Part shown: positions 39,054 through 53,211 of the stretch, in pieces
Position numbering within the stretch: position 1 is the stretch's first letter
Layout: each line of letters begins with the position of its first letter
NCBI RefSeq assembly: GCF_052425735.1
Contig: NC_135759.1
Location: forward strand, 34,100,001 to 34,164,000
Reading direction: 5' to 3'
Origin: Oculina patagonica
Lineage: Eukaryota
Length of the DNA stretch: 64,000 nt
Notes under the pieces: generated by a model
Seen by the model: the letters and a program-made list of their open reading frames with translations, nothing else
Told to the model about the DNA's origin: nothing
Databases searched by the model: none
Position numbers and translations under genes: made by a program

Positions 39054-40583
39054 AATGACAGCTTACGTAGTTTTAAACGCCGGCTAGTGTGTCAGTGTGC
39101 CTGGTTCAGATCCAAAAGGAAGGATGTTGTCAATGCAACCTTAGTTGTATCACTTGAATTAGATGTCACGTGGACGTCACACAACGCTTGTCTTAGTCAC
39201 GTTCAGCACACAGCTGAAGGCCGCGCTCATGAGCGGATACGAGAAACCTGTTTATCTCTTACTTCAGTCAACAAAATGTTATTGGTTGAAATCTGTTAGT
39301 CGACGTCCTGTGATTTAAATCATTAACATCAACAGCTTGATTTTTTTAATGGGCCATTTGTAATTCAGGCCCTCCCGCGACAGTCGACTTCTAGATTCTG
39401 TACTCCCAGTCTGCCTGCTGGCATCGCTCAGAGCGAACAAAACATTTTCAAATGCCCCCCCCCCCCCCGGGCAAATGACACTCGAAGAGGTTGAACTCGT
39501 TAAAAGTTTTTGGATAGCGGCCATTTAAAATCAGGAGCCAAAGAAATAGATTATGAATGCTAAAATGCCATTTGACAGCGGGTGGACTGGGGTGGGGTGG
39601 GAGAAATCATACGCCGATTTGAGACTTAACCAACTCAAAACATCAATGAAACCTTTTGGCTTAGAAAAATACAAATAGAAGTGTACAGCTGGTTTACTAT
39701 ATGCACATCTTCCCTTTACAAAGTAGATTCTAAGTGAGAACTTTGAAGATTTGAAAAACATCATCAAGAAACTATATCAACATGGTGTTTAATAGTGATC
39801 CTTATTATAGGCTTTCAAGTATAACTCGAGGCATTTATAACAACGCGAACAATCTCGTCTGGGTGCAGTCTGACAGTTGTATTTCGATAACTCAGTAATG
39901 AACGTAAGAAAGGTAAGTAGAGGAAATTCTAATGATGTCACTTTCACGCCCTTGGTCAAGAGCTCGTTTCTTATTTGAAAGCTTTGTTCTAAGAGCAGGT
40001 GCAAACACGTATCAGACAACTAGATTTACGATCGCAGAAGATTGTGTAGTTTTAAAATGAACTGAAAGCTAGCTTTTCACCGAAAAATCAGAATACCCAA
40101 CAATGTAACTTTTGAGAAATAATCCCATTTGATGCATTTAACAGTAATACACAAGAAAGGGAGTGCTCACCATTTTAAGGGTTTCCCGGGGGGGTAATTT
40201 TTTTCTCCGGGGTAAAAAAAAGGAATCTACACTCGAAAATTGTAATTGTTAATGTTAATCAGGCAAATTTTTTACGTGGCGAAGGAAAATATCCTTTTTT
40301 GGTGGTTTTAAAATGGCTAATGTTACCGTCTTATTCCAACAAAACCTCGCCCAACACGAGCAGTATGTATGGATTCTGAATGTCGCAACCGTGCACATAT
40401 TTGGCAGCATTTCAGTTTCCAGATGAGGTCACACAATATAATGCTAATTTTAAATGTGACGACACAAGCCGTTTCTTGCATATTCATGTAAAAAAGATAT
40501 TCAAAACAAACTGGAGCACTGACAGTGCATAATGCGTTGTTTAGGGAATGCAAAGATCGTAGAGGCAAAAAACTATCCGAGAA

Positions 40584-43104
40584 ATGGTTCAGCAACAGTG
40601 TTTAGCCTGCAATAACTTGGTGAGTGATTACTGGTTTGATTTTGTAAAATACACATCGTTTATGTGAATTTTTGCTCTCTGTTTTACTCTCTGTTTTCAA
40701 GTCACTGTATGTTGCTTTTCCTGAGTCACACAAACATTACACAGCATCATTTCCATAAAAAAAACACTCCGCGTTTTTATGGGTATATTGAAGGTACTTT
40801 CTATATTGAAACATACGACACGGTCAATGTATACACTCCAAGCGTATCAGTTTACGTAAGGGATGTTTACAGACGCGAGGACAAAACTGCTATTATGTAA
40901 AACGGATTTTCTGTTCGAATTTCGAATTCTCTTCTATTTCGTCTAGAGCCACAACGAGCTGCAAACCAGATTACGTTAGTTTTCTATGCGGGTAGCTATT
41001 GTCAAGTCATGACTCCGGCCTGCCTGTAGCCCTGCTGAATCAGCTTGTTTTGGAAATCTACAAACTCAGCAATACGACGTTTCCAGCAGACATACAATTT
41101 GAATAGCGGTAATGATCCAATAAAAAGATCCCGTCCTTTCAAGTTAAGTCAAACTTTCTTTTCATTGCAATATCTTGGCCACGGACAAGAGACTATTAAC
41201 TTAATTGTTGCCGGTGCTAGGCTGTAAAGTAGGGTTTGAAAATTGAAGGACCCTTGTATGTCACGTTATATTTACGCCAACTTTTGCGAAGAAAAAAATT
41301 AAAAATCGATGGAGAACTCAAAATAATAGTTTTCTAAGGGGCTGATAGACCACAAAGATGCAAAGATAGTAAGGTTTGGGAGGACTAGCTAAGATGGATA
41401 ACGAACGACGGACGACTTCAAATTACGAGTTTTTCAAGAAGCGCCGTACGAACGTGACGTAGCTTTTTATAACGCGTGAATATTTTTTACCAGATGACTG
41501 ATTTGTCAAGAGCATGTGTTTGTGGTCACGTATTTGAAGAAGCAAGTCGTTTCATTGGTGGAAAAAGATTCTCAGGTAAAGATATGTCGTACTAATCTGA
41601 CTGAAGCCCGAGCTGTACTCCAATCCCTCAAAACTGGTTCAAGATATTCAACTTTAGAAGAAAGCAAGGTTTAGCCAGTTTAGCCTGCGTAGCTGTAGTG
41701 GAGTTTCTGACGAGAGCGGTGAAGCCTCGAGGAGAATAGGGAACAGTCAAATTTCCCCTCGCGGGTAACATGCGTAAGCCGGGACTCTGCCGCCGAAACA
41801 AAGTACTATAGTCTGGTTGTTTGGAAGTGGAGGAACGGTAACCCGGCGTAAAGTTAATGGAGGATTTTTTTGTTGTTGTTCAAAACTATAGTCTGCGTTC
41901 GAGCCTAATGGCCCGTCAGGTCGGAGCTTATCCCGGTTTTCGATAGCATTAAGTGAATATGAGTATTTCTACTCCCCCCCCCCCCCCCCTGGATGGGAGT
42001 ATGTAACCACCCATCGTAGGGCGGTTACCGCCAGCAGTAAGCAGGAAATTCGCAAACTTATACACCTTGGTGGAGAGAGACACTATCACGGTGTCTTTAC
42101 CAAGAGCTTAAACTTAAAAAATACAATTTTGCATTTTTCACAGTTACAGAAGGTTAGAATGAAAACAGAAATGATTATTTATCCCTGCTTTGAAACATCG
42201 GGCCTTGAATGCCTACATTTATATATATTACAAGAAACAACAATCAGTTCACAAACGATGTTTTCTGAGCTGAACGGTTGACACGACAACATATTAACCA
42301 CCTTCCCATGATGCAAACATACAAATTTCTCCTTACCGTCTTCAGTCTTGATAACGCCTCTGTTGGAGAATTTGATGATGAATTCAATAATTTTTTTCTT
42401 ATAAAGTCGCACTATTTGTCTAAGCTCTGCATATTGATTTTATATTTAAAACAGAATACCGCGCCAAACTGTATTCTCGTCTGGAAACTAACAGGATGAG
42501 GAGAAAAGCTCAAGAAAACAAACCACAGACCAACGGTCTTCCTCAGCCAGTCAGTAACCCTCAGGTAACAGTCGAGTTTGCTAATGGAGGCGCGCCCCGG
42601 GGCGCGCTGGTTTCCTGTAGGTTGGGGCTTCGAACTGATGATTTGGAAGATCGCCAGTTCGAGTATAGACTGTCTTATTAGTTCAAACCCAGTCAGTCAA
42701 TGGCTAATTGCTGCGCTGACCGAAGCATTAAAAAAGGCTTTGGGCCCTGGCGAAAACGTATCTGTTGGTTTAAAATGGCACCGATGAAAAACCTTAAAAC
42801 AGTCTCGGAGTCTAACCTTAAAATTTCTGCTATATCTCTAGAACCGGATTGCAACAAACAGCCCAGCGCTGAGTTCAAAACCAAACAGACGATCCTCAGA
42901 GCGAAACATTTCCGACAAAAGAAAAAGAAGAAAACGATATTCTAGAAATTGCAGACAAATCTGTCTTCTGCGCTGAAGCAGCAACCAAGCAAAGGAAATA
43001 TTGTATCACCAGAGCTGTTGAGTAGACTGCCAAGCGCTCTCAAGGAAATAAACCGAAGAATTTTCGTACAAAACAGTATGTGGCTGGCGTTACAGAAGGA
43101 GTAG
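40584..43104 (+). CDS. C16orf87: UPF0547/C16orf87-like protein, paralog H; +2 frameshift in exon 4 (truncated form, pseudogene or assembly error)
   Basis: Exons 40584-40619 (MVQQQCLACNNL), 41494-41575, 42455-42564, 42842-43104. Exon 4 reads tctagAAAttgcag versus tctagAttgcag in its duplicate near 56300, giving a premature TGA at 42974-42976. The SALKEINRR motif and TAG 43102-43104 are in the shifted frame. Confidence 0.75.
41900..42105 (-). mobile_element. CORE-type SINE fragment in intron 2 of H
   Basis: ggagcttatcccggttt..gagtatttctactcccc..ggatgg..tatacaccttggtggagagagacact; same family as 34078-34345. Confidence 0.6.
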
Positions 43105-44740
43105 AAAAGAAAACAGTTTGAGAGCAATCCTGTCACCTGTTACGGATGGCTGAACGGCTACATATACGGCTCAAACTGAAGTTGCTAAAAATTGTTTTAG
43201 CAGCTTGCAATATACACCGGAAACAAGGAAGCCGTTCCCAGAGAACAGGAAGAGGCTAAGATTGAGCTGAGCGGAAGTAAAAGTGCACATCATAGTTAAC
43301 CCCTGGGCTATGTAAATGAAGACTGCATAAAAATGATAGTAATGCATGCCGCTTATGGTAAAATGTGAAAAAAATTGACAGAGGAAAGAAAAGAATGTTT
43401 GTTTTGTCTAGCTACTTGAAAAAATAAATAAAGGTTTCGTGGGCGATATTAAGACTATGTTGCAATTTAATTAGCAACTGATCTAGGGAGCCCAAATGCG
43501 TTTTGTGTCTGAATCAACTGAAACAGAGCTAAGAGAAGCATTTCACATGAAAATGAGTTTCCAGATCTGCATGAAAATGAACAAAAAAATCATCTTTTCA
43601 GATCAGAAACGTTTTGCGTAGGCCACTTGTAGTCTATTCTAACGTTAGCTAATTAGTCCATCGCCTACGCACATCCGGGATCCTTCCTCTGCTCAGCGCG
43701 CTCATAGCACTGGAGATATTGATGATATCATAAATCATCACAAACCACCTGTTACGTCACAATCATGTGATAACGGCGAGTAGCTCTCTAAAAAGCTGAT
43801 TAATACGTGAATCAGCAGGAAATAACTTGCAACCATTTCACTGCCCGATTTCATCTTGACGTACAGCTTGAAGTTCAACGATGCTTTTTGAGCGGTGTAT
43901 CGCATGCAACTTGTTGGTAAGTTTATATAAATTGAGTATTTTTTAGATGAAATGAACTCTTTAAAACTATATGTACTGAAATGACTTACTAGTGAATCTA
44001 AGGTATTGGTCATAATTCATCTGAACGTTTTGAATTATAATCTCAGACATTTCTATTTCAGTGATCGATTCTGCTTTAATAGTGGAAAGATTGCTTATAA
44101 TGATTAATCAGATTTAATGAGCCGTTACTCAGTCTTTCGTACAAAGCTGCTTTTCAATTTTGTCTGTTTTAAGGTCCGAGAAAAATTGCTTAGTTTTACT
44201 TTAATTTGTTGATGAGACGTTGATTTTACAGAAAATACTCTGGCTACTGTTTAAAAGACGAAATTACTTTTGTCTACACCTTATGTTTTCAAACTGTCTG
44301 CCATGGTTGTCGGCAAGCTTATATTTATAATACACTGATATTTTTAGTGTATCACAAAGGCGCAAGCATTCCTCGGCTCTCGTTACGCCCTGTTAACTGA
44401 TCACGCCTTCTTTTGTCTGATAACCAAACCTTCAATTCGTGATGGATTAAATTCCAAGTATACGAACAGGCCCATTCTGTGGTTATAATAAACACTCCAA
44501 AAAGTACCGCAAGTTATCGAGAAAACCAAAACAACGAAGCAACAAGTAACAATAGGCCTAATAAATAACGGGGCCAGCCTACTCCATTTAGTGGTTTAGG
44601 TGGGAACAAGACCTATCGTGTGCTAAATAGCCGGAAACAAATAGGATACGGTATTTGCCTTTAAAAATAGATTGAGAAATATTACCAAGTGTTACTCCTT
44701 TATCAGAGCAAATCATGAATAGCCTTTTCATGCCCTTGCT

Positions 44741-45070
44741 CATTGATGTATTTTTATCTTTTGATGTATTTTTATCTTTTTATCCTTGTGCGTTTTTATA
44801 GATATTTTATTGTTATCACTTGATCCATTGATTTAAACTAATTATACAGTATGGGGTAAGGAGAGGGGGATGGTGTTAGTTTTGTTCTTGTTTTTCATTC
44901 TAGTTTTAATGGGTGGGATAATTTTTTTATATTTTTAATAGCATATACTTAAGTGTATTTTAATTTTAGTCCTACGTTTTATACATGAGCCTCTGGCTCG
45001 GACATTGAGGGAGACCTCGTCCCACGTATGGACAATAAAATTGTATTGTCATTGTCATTTTCATTGTCAT
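44741..45070 (+). mobile_element. 5'-truncated non-LTR retrotransposon 3' end
   Basis: Insertion absent from the duplicate (empty site near 58998). Ends aataaaattgtattgtcattgtcattttcattgtcattg (poly-A signal plus short tandem tail). Confidence 0.55.
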
Positions 45071-45957
45071 TGCTCTGCGAAAGTGCGAGAAACACCTCTG
45101 AATGACATTCAGATTATTGCAACATTGAAACGCCCAAATCAGTTTGAAATTTTGAAATGTGTAACAACTTATCAGAAAAACGGACAGATTAGGAGGGATT
45201 AAGATGGATTACGAAAAAGCGCAAATTAATTTTTTTACCTTTTAGGTTTAAAATCAGAGCAAATTATATGGAATCCAATTTTTTTTGCGGCTTTATCTGT
45301 TGTAATTTTCATAGAGGTACATATTTTGACTTTACCGTTTTTGCGATGCTTTGCAGTTTACTATCGGTTTAGAAACTGATTTTCCTCAGTAGTGAGCACA
45401 TATGTAACTTAGCGAATTTCTTATTAGAAAGGTTAAAAAGGAAAAACAAATTAAAAGTATTGAAAAATCCTCGCATAAAGATCACAAGAGAAACAAATCG
45501 ACGCTTAAAAAGTTTGTTTTTATTTTGCAACAATATCTTTAACATCACCTGTAAGATAACGGTATTACCAAGACTGTAGCTTTAAACTTGGTTTAAGCCC
45601 TTAAACGTATATTGTAAACTAAGGTATAATTTTGGAGAGTAGAAATTCATACGATAACTAACTTAAGCTATTTGCCACCAAAAATATTTCTATGTTCGCT
45701 TCCCTGCGGTTCTATTAAATTGGTTGTCGCAAAATAGTGACCGGTACTCTAAATAGACTGGTTTTTAAACTGGTCCGTCATCTGTCAGCGAAAGCCGAGC
45801 TTTTTACCATGAAGTATCGATAGTACCGGAGGCCTTCCAAAAACAGCCAAACCTGGGTAACGCTGATGTGGCGGGGTTGAGCCGTGCCTGTTTACTGCTC
45901 AACAGCTAACAGACACCTCCGCACCTGTCCTTTTTCTAATCAATTCAAATTGAGGGA

Positions 45958-45965
45958 TGACGTCA
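45958..45965 (+). promoter_or_regulatory. CRE of paralog I
   Basis: TGACGTCA 112 bp upstream of ATG. Confidence 0.55.
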
Positions 45966-46076
45966 CTGAGTACTGAGGTAAACTGGCTTGTGGCTTATTA
46001 TCAAGCCGTGTGAAGTGAATCAGTGAGTCGCTGAGACCTAGAAGTTCTTTGCCAGCGATTCAGTAACCAACCGACA

Positions 46077-48243
46077 ATGGTCCTTCAACAGTGTTTGGCC
46101 TGTAACTCAGTGGTAAGGGAAATTCAAACTCTTAAGAGCTTGTTTTGCTCGAATCCTCTTTTACCAGCTGTCTTGACCTAGACGGAATATTCAAATTTGC
46201 CTTAGTTTCATAATTTTCGTATTGTCTTCCCAACGTGACAATTCTGTTTCGTCAGTTCAGTCCGCACGGAACAAGGCTCTACTGTCTCGTGAAGTCTTCT
46301 TTTTAGTTTTCTGTAAGGGGATTTCTTTACCAGATTAATTTTATTTCAAACAATTTTGAACATAAGCATTTCATGTAGTTACGAGTAAGGCTGGTGGAAA
46401 GATCTAGACGGTCCGCCCTTCCTGGTGCCGACAAACACGCGCGCGTGTTACAGTGTATGGGGGCTACTGAAGTCACATTATTTTAGATGATTCTCTCACT
46501 TACAAAATACTCTTTATAGAATTAAACCTTGGAACTGAGGCGTTCGAAATAGTAACAAAGAGCAAGAAATCGTGCGGAGACGTACAGAAGTGATAGTTAC
46601 AATTTAGCAACGGATTAAGACGGCGCGATTCTGAGTTTCATGTGATGTAAAATGAAAGCAGCTAAAAAGAATAAAAACGCGCTGATTAATTAAGCTTGGA
46701 GCTCAGTGAAAGAGGCTTGTAAAACCTTTATATTCCTTTAATATTAACTGAATTCGCCAAACTCTTATGTGCATTTAAGATGAAGCTAAGGGTCAGTTGA
46801 CAAATGATTGAGCGACTTGTCTCGCAAACGTTTTTCTAAATGATTGATATCTGTTTCAACGATGTCGTTTTCCCTCTTAGAAGACTGACTCGTGTACGTC
46901 ATGTGTATGTGGACACGTGTTTGAGAACTCGAAGCAGATTGGCGGAAAGAGGTTTTCAGGTAAGAACAAAACCCTTTAAAGCTTCACGACTCCAAAATTG
47001 TATTTTTCGAAATCTAGAGAAACTTGTAACACTACATGAAATTATTCGCCGAAAAGTTACCCTAGAGACCTCTAAAGGTTAGAACCACCTTGAACAGCAT
47101 GATAAACAGCACCACGTGAAAACTGGTCAAACGCTACCGTTTCGTCCAGAGTCTTGAAAGTTAAACGGCGTTGTTTAACATAATAGACACTGCCACATGG
47201 GAGTACCTACTGCTCAGCTGTAGCTGTCATTTGAATGGTCACACTCACGCGCACTAGATGTCACAAATTTTATGGGTAGTGCTATATCAACAGAAATGGG
47301 GGTAAAAGGGTGAAATCTTTTGAGCTGAATGTACAATGGCTTAAGTAATAGCTTTCATTTCACATCATAATCAAGCCATATTGTTCAGAAATATATCTGA
47401 GAAGCTTCTTTTCAGTGTGTTTTCTCTTAAGATCTTCACGGCTAAAGCTCATGTTTTATGACACGAAATTACATCTTAAGTTTATCTGGGGTCTTTATCA
47501 AGCTGAACCAGGGACTGGTAGTAGCTTTTATTATTGGGCCTTCGTGCTATACATAAATAACATTTTCATTTTATTATATTTTTTTTTCAGAATATCGAGC
47601 GGAACTATATCATCGTTTGGAAAACAGAAGAATGAAGAGACTTACCCGGGAAAACAGAAAAGCACAAAGCGACAAACAGTCAAAACCACTAAAAGAACGC
47701 ATGGTACTTAGAATTGGAAAATGTTTAATAAATTCAGTTGTGAGCAATAATTGTACGCTAAACCTAAGGAAGTTCATGAATAAATCTCTTATGGATAATG
47801 CGTAACCATCAGTTATGGGACGTATCCCATAAAGGAACACGTAGACGCGAAAATTAAGCGGTGCCGATGCTTATGGGCTTGTTTCACTGTGATCAGCACT
47901 TATATATGTTTTTATATTTTGTAATTTCATGTCCTAGACCAACACGACAGATGAAACTGGAGTCATCCGCTCATCCTTTAAACCTAAGGCTTACACATCT
48001 GCGGGATCAAAAACATTCAACCGGCGACGAATAAAATCCAAAACACTTTCACGCCCAATTATAGACTCTGTACCAAACCAATCTCAAGCCCAGAGTCCGC
48101 CGGCGGCTCCACGGTCAGCGACAACAAGCAAAACTACTGTGCCACCTGAACTAGTGTCCAGACTTCCAAGTGCTCTGCAAGAAATCAACCGAAGACTGAC
48201 AGGACAGAACCTGATGTGGTGGACTATGCACTGGTTACAATAA
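46077..48243 (+). CDS. C16orf87: UPF0547/C16orf87-like protein, paralog I (177 aa)
   Basis: Exons 46077-46112 (MVLQQCLACNSV), 46881-46959 (KTDSCTSCVCGHVFENSKQIGGKRFS), 47591-47703 (EYRAELYHRLENRRMK..), 47938-48243 (..RLPSALQEINRRLTGQNLMWWTMHWLQ*). In frame. Confidence 0.85.
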
Positions 48244-48470
48244 AATTGTGACATTTAAAAGCAGGAACCTTAGTAAATTATGAATATTTAGTATTTTAAC
48301 GTGGTTCCGAAGCTGACTAGCTCATAGAGCGTCGAATCGTCAGTCATCAAGAAGAACTTCTTATTGATGCTCCTGGGTTTAGACCTTTAGCAATGTTATG
48401 CTGTGTATTTTTGACTAGAGAGAAGGGAGGGTAAAGGTCAACAAAAAGTGTATAAAATTGTAGTGTGTTG

Positions 48471-48741
48471 GGGGAGCGGAGATGGCGCAGTGGTGAGAGC
48501 ACCGCCCCCACCAATGTGGCCCGGGCGATTCCCGGACCCGGCGTCTATGTGGGTTGAGTTTGTTGTTGGTTCTCGTCCTCGCTCCGAGGGTTTTCTCCGG
48601 GTTCTCCGGTTTTCCCCCTCCGCAAAAATCAACACTTCCAAATTCCAATTCGATCTGTATCAGTCCTACGTCTTATACATGAGCCCTGAGTCGGCGTATG
48701 GACTTTAAAATTGTATTTACATTTTACATTTACATTTACAT
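48471..48741 (+). mobile_element. tRNA-derived V-domain SINE 3' of paralog I
   Basis: A-box-like gatggcgcagtggt, V-SINE-like core ggttttctccgggttctccggttttcccc, (TTTACA)n tail. Absent from the K copy (near 62445). Confidence 0.7.
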
Positions 48742-49689
48742 GACAATCATCTTTTTAACTGGTGAGAAGAGAGAATGGGTTGGCTTTGGAAATCGACAAA
48801 CAGTTGTGTATTTTTTTTCGTCAAAATGCCAAGCATTTTAATTTCCTTTACTTTTGATTAATGGGTTAATCAACCTGTAACCGAAGTAAAAAAATCTTTA
48901 AATATTTATATATCTTACTTTTATTGTATTTGGTGAAATGTAAATAAATTCTTGTTTTCCAACAAAACATATCAAACACCAGGGGAAACCACAAGAAACG
49001 CACACAAACTGACCGTGTCAGGTGTCCATGTGTCGTAATACCGTGACAATAGAAAGTGTTTAGGTGTTACCAGGTGCATATGCTCCTGGTGTTACCGACG
49101 AGTCCCAAGGTATAAAATACAACAAAGAGAGAAATTTGCTTTACCACTGTCTCGCCTGATGTGTTCATTGTTGTCCGGTGGCTTTACTATCCTAAAGTAG
49201 CTAATGCCCTAAGATTTGCGTTTTACAAGCCACAAAAACAAATATGAACATAGGCTCACGTGGGTCTCGGCCGTGTTAAAAAAATATCAGTCTGTCACTG
49301 CATTGCAAGCGAGCTGGCTCTTTCCGAATTTCTCCAGCTCGGAGAAAGTCGGTCGAAGTTCGGGTTTTCCTGCCCTACGCCCTTCTCCCGGCTCCGAAGC
49401 AGTTCATTCCGAACTAGTCACTTCTACTAAGTAAACTGTCGTGTCAGTCTATACGCAGTGTTTGCAATTTTAAAAAATTTCATTGGAGCCTGAAAACATC
49501 ATTGATAACTATTTTAAATGTTAGGAGAAAAACAGCTCAATCTTGGAAAAGATAGAAGAAAAGAATCGAAAAAGTCAGTAACGTTTATTGGCAATACTTT
49601 ATTCATCAATCTTGTAACTTGTGATAGCATTGAGCCCAGCAGGTATTTTCACGTTTTCTGTTCTTCTGCGAGAAGCAGTTGAGACTTCT

Positions 49690-51237
49690 TAGTCCATCAG
49701 CTAGTGGGGTTGTATGGCTCACTTAAGGGGAACAAAGGAAACTTGTCTAATATTACTCTTTGACTATTAAGCATCATAAAAATGTGTGATAGTAAGGATA
49801 AAACGGTAGCTTTCACTGTGTAAATCGACTTTGAAATTTGCTCTCATATCCTTCTTTTGGCCGCCATCTTGGATTTTAAAACAAAAATCCTTAATTTTTT
49901 TTATTCGTTCTTAAATACTTACTGATTTTTTGCTTAGATATATATTTGAGAGGTACTACATATTCGGGACATTATTTTAGCATTGTTTACGGTAATAAAA
50001 GCAAAAAACGCAATAAATGAGGTCGCAATGTCCGCCATTTTGTTTTCAGCTCGTTTTCCTTTTGCTCCTCAATCATCTAAAATAACAAAATTACCATAAA
50101 GGCGTTCCATCGCAGTGCTACGTTTTTTCAAGTATACCACACCATTAATCAGTATACCTCAAATCAGATTACATAGCTACGTCCACGCATAAGGTTAGAA
50201 TAGGGCTCAGTTAAGAGATTGTTGAGTACAGAACAGACAGAATCGCCACACTCGTATAAAGTCCTCCTTCACTGCTGCTATGCTTCTGTCAACTCTTCTG
50301 GAGCGGTGAAGGAATTACCGGAAGAGAATCAAAAGCTCTTCTCTAGATTGTGGCTTGAAAATTTCCTCTTGTAACATTGAGTTCGGTTAGTGGAGATGCC
50401 TCGCGTGGTGGGAGAACCTCTGGCTTTACTTTCCCCGGCGCCGTTCACTTTTTTCTGGCTTCACTTTCCCTGGCGCCGTGAATCTCCTAGCACAGCACAT
50501 CCACACTCTGACACGTCTTCTCGTACAGCTGATACACTTATGCTTTCGTATCTTTAATGATCACCTCGGATACTGCAACTCCTCCCCGCTAATTGCCATA
50601 GCTCGGACGTACGTTTCGTACGTTGGCAAAGCTCCACTTTTCTGGTCTTCGCACCTCTTCCCTCTTTTTTAAAGTACTTTGCATGTCCGTGGGACGATAT
50701 GTTTGAAATAAAGGGCTGGGTTGGAAAATGACGATTGTTTTTTAGGGGGATTTATTCAAGACACTTGAATGGCAATGGTATTTTATCTACGCGTTCTCTT
50801 TTCTTCGTGAAATAATTTTTAAATCTGCACTTTTTGCTTTATTTTGTGGTACAAACAGTCATATTGTGAACAATTATCAGCCGTGGCGACGTCACATATG
50901 ACATCACGTTGTTGTTTTTGAAACACTCGAATGAACGAAATCATGTTGTTAGTTCCAATAAGTTTTAAATTTGCGTTTGAAAGCGATTCGTTTACGTTAA
51001 AAGAATGCAGGCAGCTTTGTAGCTTTTTCACCCCAAAAATCCAAGATGGCGGCCAAATTAAGAAGCGTATAGGGGAGCCAATTTAAAATTCGATTTATAA
51101 GTGAAAGCTACCGTTCCAACCTTGCTATCATACATTTTTGTGATGCTCAATAGGCAAGGATTAAGATAAGACATGTTTCGTTTGTTCCCCGAAAGTGAGC
51201 CATGAACTCAAATTTTATGATCTCAGCTGATGGACTA
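49690..51237. mobile_element. Non-autonomous DNA transposon with ~190-bp imperfect TIRs (Academ-like)
   Basis: Termini TAGTCCATCAGCT / AGCTGATGGACTA, TIR similarity extending to ggccgccatcttggatttt, 3-bp TSD TCT. Absent from the duplicated copy near 63515. Confidence 0.7.
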
Positions 51238-53084
51238 TCTACCTCTCATTCCAGTTTCAAGGCTCATTGTATGACTAGAGCCTTTTTGAACACGTGGGTT
51301 TTTATACTTCGCGTGGATTGGTGCAATGTTTTGGGTTTGAGGAGACAAAATTCACAAAAAAATGCTATTTACTAAAGACTGATATTTTACATAATTACAG
51401 AGAAAAATTTGATATTTGCTATTCCCCCAAAAAATAAGTAACTTAAAACTAACCGAACGAAAACCAACCACTAGCACTGTGATCAAATAATTAGTGAATT
51501 TTTTGAAGATGCAGTCATGGCAGAAAACTTTGCTCTTTGAATATCAACCCGGCTATTTCATCATCACCTCTGTCACACGAATGGAAATTTATTGTTCTTC
51601 CGGTGAATCCAAAGTACAATGATTTAACTCATTGAAGTCTGCATGTAAGTAGTGGAATAAATTCTTGAAAAGGTTTTTGTGTTACTGAGTCTCTTTTGCA
51701 GACAAAAATATCCTGCCATTTAGAGAAGTCTTAATTTTAAGTTACGGCGAAAGGTTGCCTGTTTAATCTCTGCCATATTCTAAGAACGTTGCGTATGAGA
51801 TGATAGATGATATAGTCAACTAGGACTGTACTAACCAGGAAATGACTTCAAAGAGCTATTTTTATTTGAATAAAATGCTGTTTGTGCGTAGTATTTTAAG
51901 ATAAAACTGAGCCAAAGCGTATTATTAAATACATAATCATTAACGAAAATAAAACCACAGCGGCAGGCGCCCCTGAATGGGCCGGCGAATTGGGGAACTA
52001 CTGACCGTCAAAAACCGTTAGACGTTCCTGTTGAGCAAAATATCGCTTCAGTACAAAAGCAGTTCATTATGTGTCTTTACGTTTAAGTAGTTCTAGCAAA
52101 TCTATAGATTCGGTAGAAATTACTGAAAACTAATACTATTTTTAATAGTACTCGGAGCACTCTCGCCCACTGTTCACTGTTGGCCATGATTGCATGCAGC
52201 ATCAGTTTCCTTAGAAACATTTCTAAATACAAACTGAGACATGGAAAAAATAAACGATAACTGAATGACATATAACTAGGCAGAAAACGCACTCAATGCA
52301 TTTTCGATCTAGATCGGTGATAAGGGAAAACCTTAAAGGAAAGCGATAGCTATAATCGACATGGATAGCGCCTTACGTCATTACAGTACCACGTGCATGA
52401 ACTTTTCGTAATGCTCTGCTTTTCGCAAGGTCGGTTTCGTGGCACACTTAATTCACGATTTCTTTTAAAGGCGGGCACGCCAATGAAAAATTGATTAACC
52501 TAAAAAAAATACTAAAACACAGTTAATTTATAACAGGAAAGTTTGTTGCGGTAAGGGTATACTATTCGTGGAAGTATGATTAAATCGATATATATGTACC
52601 CAGCACCGAGTAGCGTCGTGCCAACTGAATCATCTCATGTTCTAACAAGGGCGAATGGAATCGTTTCGTTTGCCCCCCTCCCCTTCTTTTTTTTTCCTCC
52701 CCCCCTAACCTGTTTTATTTACTGATCATTTTTCCAACGCATGCTTGTCTTACGATATTTGACTGATCACCTCTGTTAGACCATAAAGATAAAATGCCTG
52801 ATTACTGAGAAAATCATCGAATGAAAAAACCAGTTGAGACAAAACAAGTAAAACCAGTTTACAATGTACGTTCGTTACGTGGGATAAGTAAATCGGCTCC
52901 CGATGACAATTTTTTAAATGAAAGGTACAGTCTTTTTAGGCTTTGATTCATCTCGATTTCTTATTATTAGAAGTAACAAGTAATTTTGGGATTTTCGTTT
53001 TCTCGTCCAGTCAATACGTTCTTTTTGCTTGAAAATGAAATGATCGCCAAACAGTTTTAGTTAACACAGAGCAGCCCTGAGACG

Positions 53085-53092
53085 TGACGTCA
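53085..53092 (+). promoter_or_regulatory. CRE of paralog J
   Basis: TGACGTCA 120 bp upstream of ATG. Confidence 0.55.
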
Positions 53093-53211
53093 CACATCAC
53101 CGACGCAGAACCAGCTTGTGGTTTATTATGTCAGGTTGCGCAAAGTTCACTCCATTTTAGGCTCGTCAGTTACCGCAACAAGATCTACACAAGTACACCG
53201 AGAGATTCAAC

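Noticed and set aside
38733-39299. 106-aa and 156-aa ORFs at the G 5' end
   Set aside because: Only the first 12 codons (exon 1) are conserved. The rest is intron read-through or antisense.
48471-48545. tRNA-like sequence
   Set aside because: Degenerate B box and continuous with a SINE core and tail, so it is a SINE head and not a tRNA gene.
50240-50700. Possible transposase remnant inside the Academ-like element
   Set aside because: Slightly GC-richer and Cys/basic in places, but interrupted by stops in the frames I read. No motif I can support.
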